The position numbers and the translations under genes are program-made. From Macrostomum lignano (lineage: Eukaryota): DNA of 64,000 nucleotides. The notes under the pieces were generated by a model. It saw nothing but the letters and a program-made list of their open reading frames with translations, was not told the origin of the DNA and ran no database searches. This document shows positions 57,764 to 64,000 of this stretch, piece after piece; position 1 is the first letter of the stretch; the number at the start of each line of letters is the position of its first letter. The DNA lies in contig NIVC01000741.1 of the NCBI GenBank assembly GCA_002269645.1, forward strand, positions 124,001-188,000, given 5' to 3'.

Positions 57764-60700
57764 ATGAGTCTTATAGGCTCAATAGGACCCTTTGAAGAGG
57801 GCACTGAGACCTGGCAGCAGTACCAGGAGCGCTTAGAACAGTTTTTCACAGCAAATGAAATCAGCAATGAAAAGAGACGAGCCGTGCTGCTGAGCATCTG
57901 TGGCAGGGACACCTACCAGCTGATATCAAACCTGCTGTCACCGGCTCTGCCGAAGGACACGACCTACGACGCCATCTGTGCTAAGCTAAAGGAGCATTTT
58001 GATCCAACCCCACCAGAGATTGTACGGCGATTCAGGTTCTACAGCAGAAGCCGTCAGGCAGGCGAGTCGGTGGCAGAGTTCCTGGCTGAGCTGCGTAAGC
58101 TAGCTCGGGACTGCAATTTCGGCGTTGGCCTCAGCAGCATGCTCAGGGACCGACTGGTCCTGGGGATCAGTGATGATTCCATTCAGCGGAGGCTCTTCAC
58201 AGAGAAGGAGCTCTCACTGGACACGGCGCTGTCGCTGGCGCAGGCCCACGAGTCGGCCGCTCAAGGCAACCTGCTGGTGGCTAAAGGCGCCGGCTCTGAC
58301 ATGGTGCACGCTCTTCACCATTCTGCCCGGCGGGAGGCGGCCAGCGGGCCGCCAGCGAAGCGTTGCTATCGATGCCTGTCCCAGCGCCACCTGGCTGCAA
58401 AGTGCCCGTTCATCAATAGTAAGTGCTACGCATGCTCGAAAACCGGACACATCGCTGCTGCGTGCAAGGCAGCGCCGCCTGCTCAGCGGGACGAGAGATC
58501 GGCGGGGCCGCAGCGAGCTTCTAATCGTCGCGTCGACTCGACCGTCCAAGAGCTGCAGGCGGAGGAGGCAGATGAGGAGGCTTTCTCGCTGCACGTGATG
58601 GCCGCCGCCGTAGGCGGCAAGATTCCGCCAATTAAGACCACCATCGACATCGACGGCACGCCAGTCTGCATGGAGGTCGATACTGGGGCGTCTGTGTCAC
58701 TCATCTCTGCGAAGACCTACAACGAAGTACTACGAGGGCGTCCCAGACTCGAGCGAGTCAACACGCAGCTGCGGACGTACTCCGGAGAGCTGGTGCCCGT
58801 TCTCGGCCAACTTCGAGTTCGCGCGCAGACCGAGATCGCCAGCAAGGTGCTGCCGCTGCTCGTGATCGATGGTGCCGGCTCGAATCTGGTTGGCCGCGAC
58901 TGGCTGGCCGAACTTCCGCTGGACTGGCGAGACATCAAGCAGGTGCAACAGCATCCGTCAGGGCAACCAGGACTCAAGAGCCTGCTGGACAAGTACGCCG
59001 AAGTCTTCGAGCCGGGCCTTGGTCGGTACACGGGGCCCGCGGTTCGGCTGCAGCTGAAAGCCTCAGCGCGGCCGAGGTTTTTCAAAGCCAGGAACGTCCC
59101 GCTTGCGCTGAAGGAGAAGGTCGAGGCGCAACTCGAAAAAGAGATCGAACAGGGAGTGCTGAAGCCGGTGAGCAGCTCGGACTACGCGTCTCCGATCGTA
59201 CCCGTTTTAAAGACAGATGGCTCGGTCCGCATATGCGCTGATTTTAAACAAACGGTGAACCTCGACGTCGAGCCCGACACGTACCCGGTGCCGAGAATCG
59301 AGGAGCTCTTCGCGAAACTGGCCGGCGGAAAGAAATTCACTAAGCTTGACTTGTCGCAAGCGTACTCGCAGCTGCCTCTGGACGAAGCCTCGCAAGAACT
59401 CTGCACCATCAACACCAGCAAGGGGCTGCTGCGGTACACGAGACTGCCGTTCGGAGTTGCTCCCGCTGTCGGCATTTTCCAGCGCCAGATGGACTGCCTC
59501 CTGCAGGGCATTCCCCACGTCACCTGCTTTGTTGACGACCTGCTGGTTACTGGCGTGGATGATGACAGCCACCTGAAGACGCTGGAGCAGGTCCTTCGGC
59601 GACTGCAGCAGAGCGGCCTCCGGTGCGGCCTGAGTAAGTGCAGCTTTATGCAGCAGAGCATCAGCTACCTCGGGCACCGAATAGACGCCGAAGGGCTGCA
59701 CCCTCTCCAGGACAAGGTGCGGGCGATCCAGGACGCGCCACCGCCCCGCGACCAGACGCAGCTGCGCAGCTTCCTCGGGCTGGTAAATTATTACGGCAAG
59801 TTCATGCCCAATCTGTCAACCGAACTGGCGCCGCTGAACCAGCTGCTGAACAAGGGCGCCCCCTGGCGATGGGACGCTGTGCAGGACGAGGCGTTTCGCA
59901 GGTGCAAGTCGCTACTCAGCCAGGCACCGGTGCTTGCGCATTTCGACCGTCAGAAGCCGCTGGGGCTCGAGTGCGACGCCTCGCCTTATGGCATCGGCGC
60001 CGTCATCAGCCACCGAATCGACGGAGTCGATAGGCCGATCGCCTTCGCCTCTCGCACGCTACATGAAGCAGAAACCCGATACTCCCAGCTCGAGAAGGAG
60101 GCGCTCGCGGTCATTTACGGAGTTAAGAAATTTCACATGTACCTGTTCGGGCGAGACTTCAAGCTGGTGAGCGACCACAAGCCGCTGCTCGGTCTGCTGC
60201 ACCAGTCCAAGCCGATACCAGCACTGGCTTCTGGCAGAATCCAGCGGTGGGCGCTGCTCCTGGCCGGCTACCAGTACTCCATGGTCCACCGAGCGGGCAA
60301 GTCGCTGCTTCGAGCCGATGCGCTGAGTCGGCTGCCGCTGCCGGAGAAGCCGAAGGAAGCGCCAACTCCAGCTGAAGTCGTCCTACTCATGGACTTCCTG
60401 GACGAGGGACCGGTGACGGCTCGGCACATCCGGACGTGGACTCGGACAGACCCGGACTTGTCCCGAGTTCTGCGTTTCACTGAGACCGGCTGCTGGCCAG
60501 AGCGGCCGCCGCCTGAGCTGCAGCCGTACTGCACGCGAGCCGACCAGCTGAGCACCCAAGACGGCTGTCTGCTCTGGGGCTGCCGAGTCGTAGTTCCCGA
60601 GGACGGTCGAGAGGCGCTGCTGCACTGCCTGCACCAGGGGCACCAGGGCGCCACGAGAATGAAGGCGCTGGCTCGAAGCGTTTTCTGGTGGCCCAAGCTG

Positions 60701-61702
60701 GACGAGGCGATCGAGCGGCTGGTCGCCGCGTGCACCGAGTGCCAGGAGATGCAGAAGTCGCCAGGTCCGTTTCCACTGCAGCCGTGGGCGTGGCCGGAAA
60801 AGCCGTGGTCGCGCCTGCACATTGACTACGCCGGGACAGTCCAGGGCCGGATGTTGCTGGTTGTCGTGGACGCTCACTCCAAGTGGATGGACGTGCATGT
60901 GATGCCTTCGACGTCGTCGACTGCGACTATCGAGAAGCTGCGGTCGAGCTTTGCAACTCACGGTCTGCCGGACGTGATCGTCTCCGACAACGGTCCGAAC
61001 CTGGTCAGCGCGGAGATGGAGACATTCCTGAGCAAGAACGGCATCCGGCACGTGCGCACGGCTCCGTACCACCCGGCGTCCAACGGCCAAGCAGAGCGAG
61101 CAGTTCAGACTCTGAAGCGCGCGCTGGCCAAGCAGCGAAGCGGCTCTCTGGAGGAGCGAGTCTCCCGGTTCCTCCTGACGTACCGAGTCACGCCGCATGC
61201 GACTACCGGGACGGCTCCCTGCGAGCTGCTGATGGGGCGGAGGCTGAAATCGTTGCTCGACCGAGTCCGCCCTGACCTGCCCGCCCGGGTGGCCGTCCAG
61301 CAGGCACTGCAGAAGGAGCAGCACGATGCCCACGCGCACGACCGCCGCATTAATGTCGGCGACTCGGTGCTGGCGCGAGACTTCGCGAGAGACGGACGCT
61401 GGAGACCGGCGACAGTCACGGACAGTTCTGGTGCGGCCGACTTCACGTGCCGGTTCGATGACGGCAGAGACGCACACAGGCACGTGGACCAGGTGCGCAA
61501 GCCGGCCGCGGTCAGTCAGCTTCCGACCAAGCCGGCGGTACCAGCGGCAGAGGTGCCGCAGTGCGATGCGGTGCCGAAGGACGCATCCGAAGTTTTTGCT
61601 GACGGCGTTGCTACTGAGGCTGCGGCGGAGCCTGACGCCATGCCGCAGCTTCGCCGTTCGATGAGGAAGTGCGCTGCACCTGAGCGACTGACTTACAGCT
61701 GA
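57764..61702 (+). CDS. Gypsy gag-pol polyprotein (1312 aa from ATG 57764)
   Basis: Two CCHC knuckles (CYRC..RH....C and CYAC..GH....C), protease EVDTGASVS, RT CFVDDLLV, RNase H CDASPYGIG..YSQLEKE, integrase H-H-C-C, VSDNG and GQAER. Domain order PR-RT-RH-INT. Confidence 0.97.
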   Translation: MSLIGSIGPFEEGTETWQQYQERLEQFFTANEISNEKRRAVLLSICGRDTYQLISNLLSPALPKDTTYDAICAKLKEHFDPTPPEIVRRFRFYSRSRQAGESVAEFLAELRKLARDCNFGVGLSSMLRDRLVLGISDDSIQRRLFTEKELSLDTALSLAQAHESAAQGNLLVAKGAGSDMVHALHHSARREAASGPPAKRCYRCLSQRHLAAKCPFINSKCYACSKTGHIAAACKAAPPAQRDERSAGPQRASNRRVDSTVQELQAEEADEEAFSLHVMAAAVGGKIPPIKTTIDIDGTPVCMEVDTGASVSLISAKTYNEVLRGRPRLERVNTQLRTYSGELVPVLGQLRVRAQTEIASKVLPLLVIDGAGSNLVGRDWLAELPLDWRDIKQVQQHPSGQPGLKSLLDKYAEVFEPGLGRYTGPAVRLQLKASARPRFFKARNVPLALKEKVEAQLEKEIEQGVLKPVSSSDYASPIVPVLKTDGSVRICADFKQTVNLDVEPDTYPVPRIEELFAKLAGGKKFTKLDLSQAYSQLPLDEASQELCTINTSKGLLRYTRLPFGVAPAVGIFQRQMDCLLQGIPHVTCFVDDLLVTGVDDDSHLKTLEQVLRRLQQSGLRCGLSKCSFMQQSISYLGHRIDAEGLHPLQDKVRAIQDAPPPRDQTQLRSFLGLVNYYGKFMPNLSTELAPLNQLLNKGAPWRWDAVQDEAFRRCKSLLSQAPVLAHFDRQKPLGLECDASPYGIGAVISHRIDGVDRPIAFASRTLHEAETRYSQLEKEALAVIYGVKKFHMYLFGRDFKLVSDHKPLLGLLHQSKPIPALASGRIQRWALLLAGYQYSMVHRAGKSLLRADALSRLPLPEKPKEAPTPAEVVLLMDFLDEGPVTARHIRTWTRTDPDLSRVLRFTETGCWPERPPPELQPYCTRADQLSTQDGCLLWGCRVVVPEDGREALLHCLHQGHQGATRMKALARSVFWWPKLDEAIERLVAACTECQEMQKSPGPFPLQPWAWPEKPWSRLHIDYAGTVQGRMLLVVVDAHSKWMDVHVMPSTSSTATIEKLRSSFATHGLPDVIVSDNGPNLVSAEMETFLSKNGIRHVRTAPYHPASNGQAERAVQTLKRALAKQRSGSLEERVSRFLLTYRVTPHATTGTAPCELLMGRRLKSLLDRVRPDLPARVAVQQALQKEQHDAHAHDRRINVGDSVLARDFARDGRWRPATVTDSSGAADFTCRFDDGRDAHRHVDQVRKPAAVSQLPTKPAVPAAEVPQCDAVPKDASEVFADGVATEAAAEPDAMPQLRRSMRKCAAPERLTYS

Positions 61703-61827
61703 AGTAACTGTTGTTGATGAACTCGGTTTTAGTACCTTAGTTGTGTTGCTCGCTTCAATATTTTTTTAATTATTACTAATAGTGTTAATTTTTGTTAATC
61801 TTACTTTCATACTTAAGTGCGAAGGGA

Positions 61828-62050
61828 TGTGATGACTTGATATTGAGAGTTTGCATTTGCGGTTTTGGGGTTGGCCTGCGCTGGGGGGTTGGGGGCACGC
61901 TCAAGTTGCCTTTTAATTTATCGATTGTAATGTACGCACGTACTTTGTGCATGCCTAATATTAAAATATATATATCGACTGATTCTGGCTTTTGAGCCCT
62001 CGTGTTTTTGTTATCGTCCGCCAAAAATTGCAATAGTTGACTCTGTTAAA
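61828..62050 (+). repeat. Gypsy 3' LTR
   Basis: Identical to the 5' LTR; followed by the TSD TAAAC. Confidence 0.95.
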
Positions 62051-62089
62051 TAAACCTAACCTCCACCTCCTAAACCCAACCTCAACCTC

Positions 62090-64000
62090 CTAAACCCAAT
62101 CTCCTAAACCTAATCTCCAGTGCCCGAACGGTAGACTGTTAATGTTGTCATCAAAAATGAATCTCTTGTTATCTGCACCTGACAGTCCAATCTTATTTTT
62201 CTGAATTGTGTGAATAATGTGGTTTTTAGATTGTAGCTTTGAGAACTCATGTGATGTCTTTTTGTTACAATTCAAGGCGTCTCTGTATTCAGCTTCATTA
62301 ATTTCCTTCCTAACCACACGTTTCGGAATTCCCTTTGATTTTTTAATTGGGTCTGACGACTCACATTTTACAAAATAGGACTTTGCTCTCAACCCAATGA
62401 ATTCAGTGATTATGTCACCAGCAATCTCGTCCTTCATTTTCCCAATCACTTTCTTGTTAGTAGCGTCAAACACTTGATCGCCATTCTGTGTCCTGAAAGA
62501 TTCATCATACTCAGACAAGTCAAACAAATCTTTTTGCTGCAGCATGTCCTGATAAATGTTTGAATGTCCATAATAAAACTGTCTGTGTCAGTGTACAAGA
62601 GTTTCATTTTATCCTTGTACTGCTGCTTCATGCCATAGAAGAACTGGTACATCAGACGTTTTGATTCGTCGAGAACAGTGACACCTGTATAGATCGGCTT
62701 GCGCAGCGTCACCTTGGTTTTGTAAAATATGATCACACCTAAGTAGCTATTAAAGATATGGAGTTCTTTGAATGTTGGCTTTGACATATTTGCCTGAATA
62801 ACAGCAGGCTCTGATGAGGTAACAAGTTTCAGGTTTGTTCTTTTCCGCTCATTCTCAAGAGTCTTGCCATAGACAGAGTTGTTGGCTAACTTAAAGAGGT
62901 TCTTGTCAAAGTCGTTGGTTGCTTTGGTCCTAAACTGGGTGTTCTTATCAATGTAGGGTTTCATCCACGCGTCCTCTGTAAATGTAAGAGCCCTGTGAAC
63001 TATGGTGACCCTACAACCAAGTGAGATAAAATACTGAAGCAGTTTGTAATGGATTTTGTAACGTGTTTTGTTGTTTAGATTCTGTGTTAGTTTCTCTGTA
63101 TGTTCTTTTTCTGTTCCTGACAGGTGCCAAGTTCCATTATTATCATTGGGAGTTTCGATTATTTTCGGGCACTTAATATTCTCTGGGAAGGGTGGAAAAT
63201 CAGAGAAAAAGTCGTGAAGCTCTGGTGGAATGTAAACATCAACTTCATAAATGGCAGCCAATGAAAAGTCCTGTTTGAATTCTGATGAGGGTAGCCATCG
63301 AAAATCTCTAACTGGAAGATCTTGACTCATCGCCCACCCGTAGAGATTATTAGCGTCCAAGTAAGTAATGTAGTTTGAGGGCTGCTCCTTATTGTAAGAT
63401 CCAATGTAGGGGTTGTTTGCTTTTGCATATCTATGGGTGCAAATTGAGATTCCCCCTCGCTTTGACGATTCGACAAAATTGTACATGTCAATGTCTGTAA
63501 GAAGTTCAATGTACCAATCTGGATCTTGATCCCATTTCATTTTAAGCAAAGATTCCCAGCTAGTGGCAGGCAGAGACACATAATGTGCTGGATCGAGGCC
63601 ATATGCTGTGTACCAGGTGTATCTGAAGGTTTCAAACACATCGGCCAGCAGAAACACATCTGTGAAGAGGTAAAGCAGGTGATACTGGAAGAAGTTTTGA
63701 CAATTAAAGTAATTATAGACATGCTTCGCGTGCTCATAGTCTTTGTCAGAGATTCCAGAGTCTGTTAGCTTTGAAAAGAACTTCTCCTGTGGTGGTAAAC
63801 CTTCTTCAAATACGTGATACCCAGTAATATTTTCATAGGGGTAGAAGCCTTTGGTTCTCAGGAGTTTAAATGATTCATCACTGTTGTTAATTTTACTTGC
63901 AAACATCTTTGTATATGTACATTGTTCATCTTTTAGATTCTTGCTTAGTTCGTCTAGACTGGCAGCTAGAAATTGATATGAATCCTTCAGTCTTATTTTA
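62090..64000 (-). pseudogene. Protein-primed family B DNA polymerase (pPolB), C-terminal part, with one frameshift near 62560
   Basis: DSYQFLAASLDELSKNL, KGFYPY, LYLFTDVFLLADVFETFR, RGG, YLDANNLYGWAMSQDLP, KLANNSVYGKT and YTDTDS; then the -1 frame IYQDM..FDLSEY..NKKVIGKMKDE..LRAKSY..KGI..DNKR. The frame is open at the window edge. Confidence 0.95.

Larger units (their letters stand above)
57528..62050 (+). mobile_element. Intact Ty3/Gypsy LTR retrotransposon inserted in the Polinton
   Basis: Identical 223-bp LTRs at 57528-57750 and 61828-62050. 5-bp TSD TAAAC (57523-57527 and 62051-62055). PBS TGGCGACGAGG at 57752-57762. PPT GAAGGGA. Single gag-pol ORF. Confidence 0.97.
50100..64000. mobile_element. 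Endogenous Polinton/Maverick (adintovirus-like) element; right part lies outside the window
   Basis: Compact intronless AT-rich gene block with minor and major capsid, A32 ATPase, cysteine protease and pPolB. Candidate terminus AGTAG at 50100 is followed by subterminal repeats. No integrase in the window. Confidence 0.92.

Noticed and set aside
58125-61664. Overlapping and antisense ORFs within the Gypsy pol (e.g. 60383-61483)
   Set aside because: Expected shadows of a GC-rich coding strand; no recognisable motifs.
62051-62112. TAAACC/TTAGGG-like repeats (also near 9505) as telomeric sequence
   Set aside because: Short and degenerate; the 62-kb tract partly overlaps the pPolB C-terminal codons (LGLGDWV) and its spacer.

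Overview
Eukaryotic (metazoan) genomic DNA with spliceosomal introns, GC-rich exons and abundant (GACA)n/(GATA)n and minisatellite arrays. The texture suggests a repeat-rich invertebrate such as a free-living flatworm (Macrostomum-like), but this is inference only. Host genes: an intronless GT-A glycosyltransferase resembling CAP59/GT69-like proteins (6.9-8.1 kb, -); an integrin alpha gene (13.0 to at least 35.8 kb, -, 13 exons located); a divergent JNK/p38-type MAP kinase whose spliced activation loop reads T-D-Y (41.2-43.1 kb, +); and a SUR1/Och1-like GT32 glycosyltransferase (45.9-47.5 kb, -). Mobile DNA: a three-level nest at 0.15-5.6 kb (PIF/Harbinger with two intact ORFs > deleted piggyBac > non-coding LTR element with a 4-bp TSD); a hAT-type MITE; a CORE-like SINE; a Gypsy remnant; a degenerate Crypton tyrosine-recombinase element with a long palindrome; and a Tc1/mariner-type non-autonomous element. 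From about 50.1 kb to the window end lies an endogenous Polinton/Maverick (adintovirus-like) virus with minor and major capsid, GxG core-like protein, A32 ATPase, coiled-coil protein, gasderminX-like protein, adenain-like protease and protein-primed DNA polymerase B. It is interrupted by a young intact Gypsy retrotransposon with identical 223-bp LTRs. All family calls come from motif recognition by eye; no database searches were run.
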